Positions 1 to 13,367 are shown, counted from the stretch's first letter. The stretch: 64,000 bases of DNA from Carcharhinus amblyrhynchos (GCA_965287045.1 OZ336882.1:56854001-56918000), one strand, 5' to 3'. Numbers and translations are program-made. The notes: generated by a model from the sequence alone, not told the origin.

Positions 1-365
1 CAACTTTTGAAACTGTCGTGTATGATGAGCAATTTAGGGTGCAGTTATAGCGTCACTTTCCATGCAAAGTGGCTTTGACTGTGAAAGTTCCTGTATAACT
101 CGGAATTTACACTGGCTGTCTTTACACTGAGTGCACTAAAACTCTGTTCACAATTGAAACACATCAGCCGGGTGAAGAAGTACTTGGCCAGTGTGTACCA
201 TGTTTAATGTTAGTGGAAAGTAGGCGTTCCGCCACATTCGTCCCCCAACATTCAAAATGGGCTAAAATCCAGGCGCTTATTTGTTGAATTTGAAGTTAAC
301 CTAACAGCAATCTTCGCAAGGAACGTGACACTTCACAGGTACCTGTCTCTGTAGCGTTGCCTAAG

Positions 366-560
366 TAACAAAAACAGAAAATGCTAAAAAATCTCAGCAG
401 GTCTGAAAGCATTTTTGGGGAGAGAACAGAGCCAACGTTTCGAGTCTAGGTGACCCTTTGTCAGAACGGTTCTATTCTCTCCCCACAGGTGCTGTCAGAT
501 CGCCTGACATTTTCCAGCATTTTCTGTTTTTGTTTCAGATTCCAGCATCCGCAGTACTTT
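366..560. mobile_element. Short inverted-repeat element, family A (probably Penelope-derived), hammerhead-like motif in the loop
   Basis: Imperfect ~65-bp inverted arms (AAAACAGAAAATGCT...GAGAACAGAGCC / GGTTCTATTCTCT...AGCATTTTCTGTTTT). The minus strand of the loop reads CTGACAA-A-GGGTC-ACCTA-GACTC-GAAACGTT. Confidence 0.7.
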
Positions 561-1378
561 CCTAAGTAATCCCTGATTGTACCTTACATCTTCGTCGTGT
601 TAGAAAAACAGTTATCCGTCTCGCACCACCAGCCCCACCCCCCGCCCCCCAACGGAACCTCCGGAACCCCCGTAACTGTAACTTTACAATTCTGCAGCCA
701 AGACTGTCCTGGGAGTTTGAGGTATGTTGAACATGCAAATTAGAACTTCGCCCTTCTCATATCTGAACGGCGCAAGTTGTAGAAAGCAGAAAAGTTCCAG
801 TTTGGAGTCCCCCTCTGTCGCCTCCCCCACAGCGAGTATCAGAGCTGACCTCGCCACTCCTGCGATTGGAAAGAAAAAACTCACCACAATTTCCGCGGCG
901 ACCCCTCTTAATTCTCTGGATTGTCAAACCAACAATATTAGCCATACAATCTTATCCGAGCTGCGCAGAAACTGTCAACCCTGGAATCACTGCTACTCCA
1001 GCCCTGACTGCACTGTAATTCTCTATAATAATCACAATGTTAGTTTAAAAAATCGTTTATGAACAGTGAGTGTGTTTTTAAAAAAACTTGTTTTGTACAC
1101 GTCTTTATGCAAAATACCTTGTTGTATCTGACTACGATTATTTTACCCGCATTCAATACAATACTAGAAATTGCAGAAAATGAAACGATATTATTGAGAT
1201 GTTTGGAATGGTTGCCGCTAAAACAAAATGTAAACTGCAATATTAAAGGCTTCCCTTTTATTAAGTGGAATATTAAGGACTCGCAGATATGTAATTAGTG
1301 ACTGTTCCTCCAGTATATTCCAGGCATCTTTCTGTTACTTCCTGACAAAGGTATCAACCTTGGCTCTGTGGTAGGTAG

Positions 1379-1935
1379 CATTCACCTCTACTTTCTCAGG
1401 AGGCTAAGAAAATTTGGCATGTCTGCTACTACTCTCACCAACTTTTACAGATGTACCATAGAATGCATCCTTTCCAGTTGCATTGCATCACAGTTTGTTA
1501 TGACTCCTGCTCTGTCCAAGGCTGCAAGAAACTACAAAGGGTTGTGTATGTAGCCCAGTCCATCATGCAAACTAGTCTCCCATCCATTGCCACTTTCTAC
1601 ACCTCCTGCTGCATCGGAAAAGCAACCGGCATAGTCAAGGACCCCACAGATCCCAAACGTACTCCCAACTTCGGAAGTCAGGAAAAAAGTACAAAAGTCT
1701 TAGGTCAAGTACCAACCAACTCAAGAACAATTTCTTCCCTGCTGCCATCAGATTTTGAATAGATTTACTTTATATTAAGCTAATCTTTCTCTTCACCCTA
1801 GCTATGACTATCACATTATATTCTGCACTCTCTCCTTTCCTGCCCAATGAATGGTGTGTTTCATCTGTATAGCATACAAGAAACAATACTTATCATACTA
1901 ATACATTGACAATAATAAATCAAATCAAATCAAAT
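1379..1935 (+). mobile_element. Rex1/Babar-like LINE, 3' fragment
   Basis: Frameshifted peptide LYFLRRLRKFGMSATTLTNFYRCTIE.IL...CKKLQRVV...KATGIVKDP; ends in AATAAAT(CAAAT)3. Confidence 0.8.
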
Positions 1936-2019
1936 TGAAGTATGAAAGTTATGGCTACAAATGCTGTTCTAAGACACACTAAACATTAAACATGGATCCC
2001 ATTTACCCTTTGCCCTTTT

Positions 2020-2346
2020 AGGTGGATGGCAAAGATTTCATGGAAGTGTTTTGTAGAAGGGGCGATGATTTCTCCCATTGTGCTCGTCAATCTTTATCCC
2101 TCAATCAACTCCTAACTCAGGAGATCTGGGAATGTATTCCAGTTATTGTTTGTGGGATGTTGTTGCGTGCAAATTGGCTGGCATCTTCCTTACTTGATGG
2201 ACTGAATGGCCTCTTTCTGCACCGTAACTATTCTATGGTTCTATTACAACAGTTGGCAGACTTGTAAAGCCCTTTATCAGTTATAAAGATTTGAGGTAAA
2301 TTTGAGGTCATGAAAAGTATTATATAAATGCAAGTCTTTTCTCTTT
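2020..2346 (+). mobile_element. DeuSINE-like (SacSINE1/AmnSINE1-type) fragment
   Basis: TTTATCCCTCAATCAAC...TTGTTTGTGGGA...GCAAATTGGCTG and the terminus TATATAAATGCAAGTCTTT; has a short CR1-tail-like insert near 2190-2240. Confidence 0.65.
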
Positions 2347-3121
2347 TATGACACATCTCTGGCTGCTTCATAATGTCAGGCTCACAATACTTAATGAGGT
2401 TCTGAAGAGCAGTATTCAGAAAAACCAAGACACTGATTATGTGGATTCACAAATTGCATGATTTCGTTCCAATTGCATATTTCTTTCAATTTATCAAACT
2501 GGCATGTGAAACTTTGCAATGAAATAATTGAAAAGCTTTGCTCTTCTGAACCAGATTTCCTTGTGAAGCTGTTTTACTTTGAGCTGCAGATTAACAAGAA
2601 CTACATGCTTTCACTAATAGCAGAGGAGTCTCTTGGAATGTGAACAAAAATGTTTAATGATCTACAGATCTGGCTGGAAACCATACAAAGAGCAGAATGT
2701 ACAGGAAATAATCTCTAACTTCAGTATGCACAGTGTTTGAACGTTATAATTAAGTGTTGTTGAAATGGAAATTAAGAATAGGTATATTTTGTATAAATAA
2801 TGGCATCAGGCTAATGAGAAACAATTCCCAGTAAAGTGAGAATGTATATTACAGGCAGTGATTAATGGGTTTGGACCCACAGTTATCATTTATCGTCAAT
2901 TCTAATTGAGTTTGTTTATTTGCATATGTAATTCCCCTGGATTTCCAATAGTTGTACCATACTTGGCTAACTTTGGGATCCAACAGTAGCTGAAGCATGA
3001 CTGGCTATTAGGAGTCCATTGGTATCTCCTCCAGAACTGAAGTGATCATTTGGATATGCTTCAGGAGCAACACTTCAATAAAAGACCTTATCAAGGAGGG
3101 TAGGGAGAACACTTTCAATGA

Positions 3122-3530
3122 AAAGGAAAGCTTGCATTTATATAGCACTTTTCACAATGACAAGATGCCTCCAAAGTGTTTTACAGCTAATAAAGCACTT
3201 TTGAAATGTAGTTACTGCTGTAACATAGGAAACATGACAGCCAATACATAAACAATAAACTCTCACAAACAGTAATGCAATCATGACCGGATAGTCTGCT
3301 TTTGTACTGTTCATTGAATAATAAATATTGGTCAGGACTCCAGGGATAATTCCCCCTGCGCACTAAAAAATAGTGTATGTGATTCTTTTCATCAACAGAG
3401 AAGACAGACAAAGAGCCTAGGTTTAAAGCCTCAAAGCCCAAAGATGCCACCTCTGACAGTGCAGTGTTCCCACAGTACTACAGTGCGGCATCAACCTAAG
3501 TTTTTGTGCTGAAGTCCTGTACAGGTGAAG
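3122..3530 (-). mobile_element. DeuSINE-like copy
   Basis: Begins GGAAAGCTTGCATTTATATAGCACTTTTCAC (reverse complement of the same terminus) and continues through the Deu-like core. Partial copies at ~11680-12170 (-) and ~45400-45600 (+). Confidence 0.65.
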
Positions 3531-3699
3531 GTGCCAACAATTGAACTATGGCTGATACAACAAAGAATAAGCAGGTTGACTGCACTCAATGGGGATGGAA
3601 GAACAGATTGATGAAAGGAAGAATGCAAGAGTTAAGACCTGACCCTGAAGCACTGCGCAGACTTGGAAGGAGTTATAAAAAGAAAGTCATATAATGAGG

Positions 3700-4080
3700 A
3701 GAGCATAACATCCTTGGGGTTACCATTGACCAGAAACTCAATTGGACTTGCCACATAAACACAGTGGCTACAAAAGCAGGTCATAGGCTAGGAATACTGT
3801 GGGGAGTAACTCACCTCCTGACTTCCCAAAGCCTGTCCACCATCTACAAGTCACAAGTCAGGAGTTGATGGAATACTCCTTACTTGCCTGGATGGATGTA
3901 TCTCCAGCAACACTCAAGAAGCTTGACATCATCCAGGACAAAGCATCCTGCTTGATTGGCACCATATTCACAAATAACCATTCTCTCCACCACCAATGCT
4001 TAGTAGTAGCAGTCTGCACTATCTACAAGATGTACATACAGCACATTTGAACTTCACCAAAGACCCTCAGATACCACCTC
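3700..4080 (+). mobile_element. CR1/L2-group LINE fragment (second family)
   Basis: LGFTIDQKLNW..HIN and MEYSLLAWM...LKKLDIIQDKASCLIG. Confidence 0.7.
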
Positions 4081-6559
4081 TGTAGGCACAGCAGGATGAG
4101 CTGAAGAGTTAAAGAGGAACTAAAATTTATGTAGACAGAGAAATGCAATGATTATAGGCTAGAAATTATTTTATGTCCCATATTAGTGGATGAAAGCTTG
4201 GTGCATTCAATGGTAATTTGTTGTCCAATAATTTAGCAGAGGCAATAACACATTTGAATTAATTAAGTGAACACATACTTTGAAATAGCTGAAAAAGAAT
4301 GTTATACAGTTATAGTGTGTGTTCTCTATTATTGGAACCAACAGTGCCTGATATAGGAAAGGTAGTCAGTATAAACTAGTGCACTTGAGCCTGGGATAGG
4401 GGAGATGGGGAAATGAATATCTAGCTAGGGATTTGAAAAAACAAAACAGGAACATTTAAACTATTTCTTGTGAAAAGTCTGTAAAGCGAGGGAAAATAGG
4501 AATCACAGAGCACTGAGATTGAAATGTTTAAAGGAGAAATATTTTTATTGTCTTCCTTCTGTCAACAATTTGTATAGAATAAAACAAGGGGTTACATGAT
4601 AATTGAAAATATTTCTCAACAATAATTTGATTTTTAAAATAGTTTTATACAATCAAACTATCAATGTGTTACCACACTTCATTAATTACTTTGTGAAAGT
4701 TAGTCACACAAGCAGGCGTTACAGTGTAGCTATCACTCTTCTCTACTGAATAGATAGATTTTAAAACAATTATTAAAAGGTAGCTGAAAAAGTGCAATAT
4801 GAAAGTGGAAAATGTTCCGCAGAAAAGACTCAAAATAACATAATAGAGAAAGCTACCTTCCCTTCCCCTACCTGTTTGTTTCTGTCTTACTCCTTGCAAG
4901 TTAGTTATAATAAATAGCTCGTACCAACAAATTTACATTAGCTGAAACTATTTAGTGTGATGTAGATGCGGAATAGAAGGAATAGAACGCATGTGACCAC
5001 ATCCTGAGGCAGTGCTGATGCTGCCAGGCTAGAGATACTTGCCTTTATGTAGAGTGTGATATGCATCAGACAGATACACAAAGCGCAGGTGCAGGGGTCA
5101 CCAAGCTCAGTGACAATGACAGTGTCCAAATGTATATTTGCAGCACCTTCAGCATTGTGCACTTAATTCTAATATTATTGAAAATTGTGTGTTGGAGAGT
5201 CTACTGTCTCTATTTTTTTATATTCCATACTAGATTTAAACAGTTCTTGTGAGACTACCTTCTGAAATCAAACTCACACCTACATGATTAATGGTTCTCT
5301 AGATGATTAAGCATTCACTCACTACTAATGTTGCTGTTTCTTTATAATCATTTTATACCTAGACTGTTTTACTTAGTGATCATCAAATGACATTCCAATA
5401 GCAGCATTGTGGTTTTACACTGGCTACAGTAATTTTAGTTTGGCACTTCCTGCAACATATGATTGCATTTGGCCACATTACTGAGTTACCTGTGTAATGC
5501 TATCTGCATGTTTCTGTGCATATTTGTGTGTATGAATGTAATGTATGCATTTTGTGCGTGCATATATGTGTAGGAGGAAAGGTTCTTGTATTTTAACACT
5601 GAATACAACAATCAACAAATCAAATACTGTTGAATAGTAAACTTGTCACAGGATGAGATAATCAAACTGCACAGTGCACTTGTCAGCCCCTAATTTGAGT
5701 ACCTTGTACAATTTTGGTCATTGAAACACAATAGGCAAAGCTTTGGAGATGATGCAAAGAAGAACCACAAGACTAATCAAGTGTTAGAGGTCTGAATCAT
5801 AAATGATTGAAAATACTTGGGCTTTGCAACTTTCAGTTATATCTAAGTGGAATGAGTTAGTCAATGGTACCGGAAAAGTAAATCTAAAATGTTACTTTAA
5901 ATTGCAATATTATCATAAATTATCATAAATTTGAACAAGTAAAAGACAAATAGGCATTGTGAATGGAATTGATTCCGTATAAACCCAGCCCTTGTCACCC
6001 AGCATTCTGCCCCTGTAATCTCCTCCTACCCTACAAATCTGCCAGTACTCTTCATTTCTTCAGCTGCGTGGGCCTTCAACTCTGGAATTCTTACCTTAAC
6101 CTCTTTGACTTTCTGAATAGCTCTCTACTAAGAAGCTGGTTCAAAGCTACTTCTTTGACTGAGCATTTGGTCATCCATCCTAATGGTTCTATTTTGGGGT
6201 CTGTGCCAATGATTGTGCTATATATAAAGGCAAGATGTTGTTGGATGATTCTGTAATCATCTCAGAAGGAATTCAAAACTGCAATGGGGGAGGGGGAATT
6301 CTGAATGAATTAATTAATTAAGTAGCAGGAATTTACTGTAACTAGCTGGTCATTTGCAATGATACTCCTGTGTTTTGTGTGTGTGTTGATTAAAATACAA
6401 GCATGTGATCTGGTAGATTATTCTCCCTTTCTGTCAGTAGACCAGAGTTGGAAATCCCACTGATTCCAGAGATAACTTTCAGTCTGATTTGAATTCATGC
6501 AAGATGACCACTGTAGGTATTGGAGATTCTCCAAACGGTCACAAGGTTTATTATTTTTC

Positions 6560-9160
6560 ATAATCCTATTTATGTTTTGAGTGAGATTGAGTTTGAGTGT
6601 GTATGTTTTCTGCAAGACTGTGCGCATTTGTGTGAAAATGTGTTTGTATATGTTTGTGTGAGACTGTGTTTGAGTGTGTGTTTTGTGTGAGACTGTGTTT
6701 ATGTGTGAATATTTTGTGAGACTGTGTTTATATGTTATATGGTGAGACTATGTATCTGTCTGTTTTCTGTGAGACTGTGTTTGTGTGTGTGCTCTTTGTG
6801 AGACTGTATTGGTGTGTGTGCTTTCTTTGTGAGACTGAATGTCTTTTGTATGAGACTGTGTTTGCATGTATATGTTTTGTGTGAGTCTTTGATTGTGTAT
6901 GTGCTTACTTTGTGAAACTGTGTTTGTGTGTTTTATGTAACTGTGTTGTATGAGACTGCTTCTGTGTGTATGTTTTGTTTGAGACTCCTCACTTTTTGTG
7001 TGAAACTGTATTTCTGTGTATATATTTTGTGTGAAACAGTGTGTGTGTGTTTTGAATGAGACTGTTTTGTGTGAGTAACTTGTGTATGAGTTATTGTGAA
7101 ACTGTACTTGTGTGGGTTTTTGTGAGGTTTTGTGTATAAATGTCTTTTGTGGTTTTATGTGTGTTCCATGTGAGATTGTGCTTTGGCTGAGATTAAGTTC
7201 TCTATGCATGTTAATGGGTGCGAGAGAGAGAGAAAAAGAGAGACTATGTGAGTATTTTGTATGTTGGGTCAGATTGTGTGTGATTTGAGTTTGATTGGGT
7301 TCAATTGTATGTGAGTATTTTGTGTGAAATTGTATGTGTCTTGATTATATTTATATGTGCTTTTTGGTGAGATTGTGTACGTTTATTTCTGCATGTTTTG
7401 GTTGAGATTGTGTTTGTGTGTTTTGAGTGAGACTGTGTGTGTGTGTTCGCTTTGGGTGAGATTGTGTTTGTGTTTTGGGGGATTGATAGTGTCTGTGTGT
7501 GTAATTTTGGCAAAATATTGTTTGTGTTTGTGTATGTGTTTTGGATGTGATTGTGCTTGTGCATTGTTCTAGGTAAGACTGTGTGTTAGGGAAAGTGTCA
7601 TGTGGTTTCACTGAAATTCTGTTCTGTTCTGTGTATGTGTGTATTTTGGGTGAGATTCTGTGTGTGTTTGGGTGAGTTTCTGTGTGTGTATGTGTTTACT
7701 TTGGGTGAGATTTTGTGTGTGTTTGGGTGAGTTTCTGTGTGTGTATGTGTGTTTTCGGTGAGATTCTGTGTGTGTTTGGTTGAGTTTCTGTGTGTGTCTG
7801 TGTGTGTGTTTGTGTGTGTGTACGTTTTGAGTGAGATTCTGTATGTGTTTGGGTGAGTTTCTGTGAGTGTGTGTGTGTTTTGGGTGAGATTCTTTACGGG
7901 TTTGGGTGGGTTACTCTGTGTATGTGTGTGTGTGTGTGGTTTGGTTGAGTTTCTGTTTGTATGTTTCTAATGTGATAGTGTTTATGTGTGTATATTTTGG
8001 CTGAGATTGCTTGTGTGTTTGTTTTCTGGGTGAGATTGCATACAAGTGTTGGGAAAAGTGTTGCGTTTGTATTTTGGATCAAATTCTGTGTGCTTGTTTG
8101 CGTGCATGTGTTTTGTGCAATTGTGTGCATTTCTCCTGAGATTGTGTTTATGTGTGTGTATATTTTGGCTGAGATTGTTTGTACATCTGTTTTCTGGGTA
8201 AATTTGGGTGTTTGCTCTGGATGAGGTTGTGTATGCACGGCTGGAATTTTACAAGCTTGCCCACCACAGGAATCAGAGTGGGTGAGAGAAAGCACATGGG
8301 AAGGTCTATTGACCTTGGGTGGGATTTTACGGTTTTGGGACAAGCAAGGCAGAAAAATCCCAACCCATGTGTCTGCATCACTTGGGTAAGATTATGTTTG
8401 TGTGTGTCTGTTTGGATGAGATGATCATGTGTGTTTTGGATGAGATTGTTTTTGTGTGTGAATGTATTGGGTGAGATTTTATTTGTCTCAGTGAGTTTGT
8501 GTATGTGTACCCTTTCTGTGAGATTGTATGTGTGCTTAGAGAAAAATTGTGCATGTATGTGGGGGTGTGTATACCATCAGATTGTTATTGCGTTTAATGG
8601 GTGAGACTTTTTGCATGTATATTTTCAGGATAAGTCTGTGCTTGCTTATGTGTGAGTTTTAATCAAATTGTGTTGTGTTTCTCTGTGCATATTGTGTGTG
8701 AAGTTATGTGTATTATTTGGTGTGAAATTGCATTTGTGTATGTGTTGAGTGAGATTGTGATGTATCTGTGTTTTTTGGATGAGATTGTAGTTGTGTATTG
8801 AGTGAAATTGCGTGTGTTTTCTGCATGAGATTGTGTGTACATGTCTTGGGTGAGATTGTGTTTGAGTGTCTATTTTGGATGGGATTGTGTTTGTGTGTGT
8901 TTTGGATGAGATTGTATTTTGCGTGTGTTTCCTGTGACGTGTTTTGTGTATGTTTTTGAGTCAGTTTGTGTTTTCCGTATGTGTTTTGAGTTATTGTGCT
9001 TTGTGTGGAATTGTATGCATTTTGCGTGTATGTTTTGTGTGTGTTTCATGGGAATGTTTTGTGTGTATGTTTTGTGTGAAATTGTGTTTGTGAGTATATT
9101 TTGTGTGAGATTGTGTCTGTGTGTGCTGTGGGTTTCATCTTGCATGGAGGAAGTAAGATC
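6560..9160 (+). repeat. TG-rich degenerate minisatellite (recurring TGAGAYTGTGT motif)
   Basis: Dozens of GTGAGA(C/T)TG motifs separated by (TG)n or T runs at roughly 20-30 nt spacing, with a more regular sub-array at ~7640-7890. Accounts for the HT-rich and CV-rich spurious ORFs. Confidence 0.9.
8238..8366. mobile_element. ~130-bp MITE (Harbinger-like ends) inserted in the TG minisatellite
   Basis: Ends GGCTGGAATTTT...AAAATCCCAACC; reverse-complement homolog of 50181-50312. Confidence 0.7.
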
Positions 9161-9478
9161 GTAGCTTTTTTTTGATCAGTGCAATCGCCACAAACCTGTT
9201 GAAATTTACCTGCATGAAGAGGATTGGCCTAATGTTATGTTTGAATGAGTCTGTTTTGTTTCCATCTGACCACAGTCAAAACTGACCCATAGCTCTCTGT
9301 GTGTACATTGAAGACAAGCTGTCACTGAACAGGTCAGGCAGCACCTGGTCTTCCGAGTATTTTCCAGCATTTTGGGTTTTTTTTCAAATTTCAGATTTGC
9401 TGCATTTGTAGTATTTTGGATACTGATAACACTTGTTTCCAATTCCTAACTACTAGAAAGCATGTTTTTTTAATATAT

Positions 9479-9484
9479 TTTATT
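9479..9484 (-). terminator. Candidate Emx3 polyadenylation signal AATAAA
   Basis: TTTATT on the + strand about 800 nt past the stop codon, just before repeat-rich DNA begins; implies an AU-rich 3'UTR of about 0.8 kb. Confidence 0.5.
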
Positions 9485-10276
9485 GTGGAAAAAATATTTC
9501 CTTATTATTCTGTAGTACAGACACGCCATTCGTGACACACATATATTTACAACTGACAATGAAGACCATTATAAAACAGATCTATGGGAGGGGCGAGATC
9601 AGACATCAACAGGTACATCAAGAAACAGGAACCGCATAGTGTCAGTCATATACACGAGGTCCTCGGCGCTAAACTCCTACAGACCGTCCTTTTTCCTCTG
9701 TTTAAAAACCCGTAGAAACGTTTAAATCACTCACACTTTCACGTGTGTTTAGCATGAGGCCACTTTCAGTCCTTTAAGAAAAAATCCTCCGACCTAAAAT
9801 GTGAAATAAAAAACACACCGACCCCGTGGCTCTATCTGAATGCTGGATACTACTTGTCAACTTTAATCAAATCCGTCTTTTAAAAAAAGAATTAAATGCT
9901 CAATGTGTAGCGAGTGGCGAGGCGGACTCCTCTCATCCCCCGCCTCTTGGTCCCAAGGCATTTCAAGAGGGGGCGACTCGTCTTCAAATTGCTGCAGTTT
10001 TTTTAATATAAAAAATCTTTTTAATTAAAGTATAATCACACGTTTGAAGTTTTGTTTTGTAGTCCGTCTTTTGTCCTAAGACTTGATTAGAAGTGGACTC
10101 GATAACTCCACATTGGGCCAGTATAATAAAAAGTGTTGGAATATATATATATATATTTATATATCTGCGTAATGATCTCTGTCCATGTGTCCGGCTGCAT
10201 GGCGTGACCATTGCACGAATTATACTGAGAAGTTTGTCTGGCTTGTTCTTTGTGTTTTTTTAAATCCAAACACCCT

Positions 10277-10444
10277 CTAGTCTTCTGAGATGACATCAAT
10301 GTCCTCTGGGCTGGTTTGTCTGGTGGCCATTCTCCACCTGTTAACGTGCTGTGTCCCTTTCCGTTTCTGCTGCGTGTCCGGGCTCTCCTCTTCCAGTTTC
10401 TGCCGCTTGTATTTAGTCCGTCTGTTCTGAAACCAGACTTTCAC
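10277..10444 (-). CDS. emx3: Emx3 coding exon 3 (homeodomain helix 3 and C-terminus)
   Basis: Absent from the ORF track; read by hand. Acceptor TTTCTCTCGACAG|GTG; translates [55 protein letters not shown], with TAG at 10279-10277. The intron falls at the conserved Emx position TETQ|VKVWFQN. Confidence 0.97.
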   Translation of the reverse strand: MKVWFQNRRTKYKRQKLEEESPDTQQKRKGTQHVNRWRMATRQTSPEDIDVISED

Positions 10445-11709
10445 CTGTCGAGAGAAACAGGAAAATGTGTGAAGCTTTCCACTTCCCTTTACTGTGCATC
10501 GCAGTCAGGAGGTCACATCTGAAGACTATTTGTAACCCCCGTCCGCCACCCTCCCCGGTACTCTCTGTGATGCCGCAGTGCAGCCACGCGTGTTAACTTT
10601 ACCTAAAGCTGGCTGGCTTTGAGCCCATTTTGACCTCATTTGTCCCCGTCACTTTCCCCATTCGCTTTAACGGGAGGACAAATTAGAAAAACAGAAGCAG
10701 TGTAGGCCATTCGGCTCTTTTGACCTGCTCTGCCATTCATTTTGATCATGGTTGATCAACAAACTCAGTATCTTAATTCCAGAAGGGGATAAACCCTGGG
10801 GCCACCAATTTCACCCACCCCGCAGTTGTAGCCACTCACATCCGCTTTATTTCACGCTACATCTTTAATGTTACTTCTGAAGAGATCCCACTCGCTCCCA
10901 TTGACTCTCCGTGGTGAGCGAGTCCAGAAATTCACAGTCCTGGTAGCAAAGGAGAAGTGTTTTAAAAGTAAACCTACTTCTTTTTCCCATTTATACTTAA
11001 ATCTCCTATACTCACATGTCAGTTCGAATAGGCTTGATTCTCACAACCTCGAGTCATACTCATCTGGCAACCTCAATCGTATCTTTCCTCTCCCTACCTT
11101 CTCATCAATGAAGGCTCCAGTTCTTCATATCTCTCCTGTTCTGCTCATCCTTTACCAATTAAGGTTTTTCTTCTCTAGTTCAATGGCATTCTCGCTGTAG
11201 CCTAGATTCCAGAACTGTGCACAATACTCCCAGTGTGCCTGATCAATACTTCATAACAGGATGCTCCATCGGACTGCTCTCTATCTTTTAGATAGCCTAA
11301 CCGTCCATTCACTCTTTGTTTTGGTAGCAACCAAATATTGACTTGGTGTGCTGATGGACCATGGTCATGTACAGCACAGGAGGGGGCCATTCGGTCCATC
11401 GAGTCCGAGTCTGTACAGCAAAGCAGTCCAACCGACCTGTTCTCGCTTTCACATCCCTCCGTTTAATATATTCCCCCAATAATCGTGCATCCGTCCTAAG
11501 AACGGGGCTTTGCTATTCTACATGGAATTATCCACACAGCTCTCTACAAAGTCTGAGTCCCCTGCTGCTTCCCTTTATCTTTCACCATAACAATCAGTCC
11601 TGATATTTTCACAGACCCGGTTGTCTCGATTGTGCCGGGCTCCTCTATTCTGTCTGCAAATATCTGCCCGAGCGATAGGAAAAGGAAAGGATTTGTATTT
11701 GTAATGTAA

Positions 11710-11990
11710 GGCGGCACGGTGGCACAGTGGTTAACACTTCTGCCTCACAGTGCAACGACCCAGTTTGCACGTTCACCCGGTGTCTACGTAGGTTTCCTCC
11801 CGGTGTTCCGGTTTCCTCCCATAGCACAAAGATGTGTGGGGTTAGATTGATTGGCCATGCTAAATTGACCCTAATGTCAGGGGGGATTAGCAGGGTAAAT
11901 GTGTGGGAATAGGGCCTGGGTGGGATTGTGGTCCGTACAGACTTGATGGGCCGAATGTTGTCCTTCTGTACTATAGGAATTCTATGATTC
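11710..11990 (+). mobile_element. V-SINE (HE1-like), nested in a DeuSINE-like copy
   Basis: tRNA-like head GGCGGCACGGTGGCACAGTGGTT, V core GGTTTCCTCC...GGTTTCCTCCCA...GGCCATGCTAAATTG, tail ATTCTATGATTC. Confidence 0.85.
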
Positions 11991-12804
11991 TTTTGCAACT
12001 GCAGAGTGTCCCGGTGAAATTTGCAGTAAATGGAAGGACTTTGGAGATCACTGTTGTAAAGTAGAAAACGTGGTAACCAATCTGTACGCAACAAGATCCC
12101 ACACTCAGGCATGAGCTAAATCAGCAGAGTCATCTGTCTTTAGCGATGCTGGCTGAGAAATAAATGTGTTCAACGCATTTGAAGATCACCCTGATCTTTT
12201 GTCTTGGGTACCCTCTGGATAAGAGCTGATCTTAGCCCTTTGTGATATCTTCATATTCAACCCTGTTTCCATCTCACAATTCTGCAGATCGCCTCCTCCT
12301 TAGCCAGGTGAAAAACATTGTTATTTTTCTTCCTATCCTTTAGTTGACTGAGATTATGTATTATATCATTCCAGTTACCAGTCTCTTCTGGAATTTTCCC
12401 CAATTCCGATTCCAATCCCTGCACCCAAAACGTCAACTCATCCCGTCTCTCTACAGATGCAGCTCAAGCTTGCAAAGCTATTTTTTTTCAGATTTTTTTT
12501 TGGTTCATAGGGTGGGGCGTTTAAGATTCAACTATACTGCTGTGGATCTGGACTAACTTGTAATAGGCCAGACCATGTAAGGATGGCGGATTTCCTTCCC
12601 GAATGGGCATTAGTGAACCAGATGGGTTTTTACGACAATGCACAATGGTTTCATGGCCATCATAAACTACTATTTCTTAAATTCGAATTTCACCATCTGC
12701 CATGGTGGAGCAGAGCATTAGGCTGAATCTCTGGTCCAATGACTATACCACAATGCCATTACCTTCCCTTAAGGACTAGTTGGTTGAAACAAACATGTTT
12801 CAGC

Positions 12805-12980
12805 GATAAAAGCAAAATATTGCGGATGCTGGAATCTGAAACAAAAATGGAAACTGATGGAAAATCTCAGCAGGTCTGACAGCATCTGACAGAGCACTGA
12901 CCAAGGGTCATCCAGGCTTGAAACGTTGGCTCTGTTCTCCCTCCAAGACCCGCTGAGATTTTCCAGCATTTTCTGTTTTT
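12805..12980. mobile_element. Family A element copy
   Basis: Same arms in inverted arrangement; + strand reads ACAGAGCA-CTGACCA-AGGGTCATCCAGGCTT-GAAACGTT-GGCTCTGT at ~12889-12935. Confidence 0.7.
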
Positions 12981-13367
12981 AGGGATTCCTTTTGTCATAC
13001 TCTACATCCGGGATGTTTTCCTTTCGCACATTCTGTTTCTTATATCAATCCAACTCAACACACTGCTGTCAATGACCTGGCTACAGAACTCCTTTTCTCA
13101 GAGAGCATAAAACATCTTGACTAAAAATCCATCTTTCTCCGATGCACTTACTTACCCTCTATTTCATCTTTAATTATCAAGACGTTTATCGTCCTTTTCT
13201 GCAATGGAGTTTTATTTCATTAATCCATGTCAATTCTTATCAATCGACTTCCGTCTCCCTAATGACTCTTCTGCCTTGATCATTCCTTCTGGAGTGTCCT
13301 AAAATTTACTATTAATGTGAAACTAATCAATCTAGAGCAATCCAGATTCTCCCTGCTCGTTTTATTT

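Noticed and set aside
724-1062. 112-aa ORF in a CpG-containing patch
   Set aside because: No recognisable homology or splice context; may be regulatory, but there is no evidence of coding.
6748-9164. HTQ-rich and CV-rich ORFs of up to 153 aa
   Set aside because: Translations of the TG/CA minisatellite.
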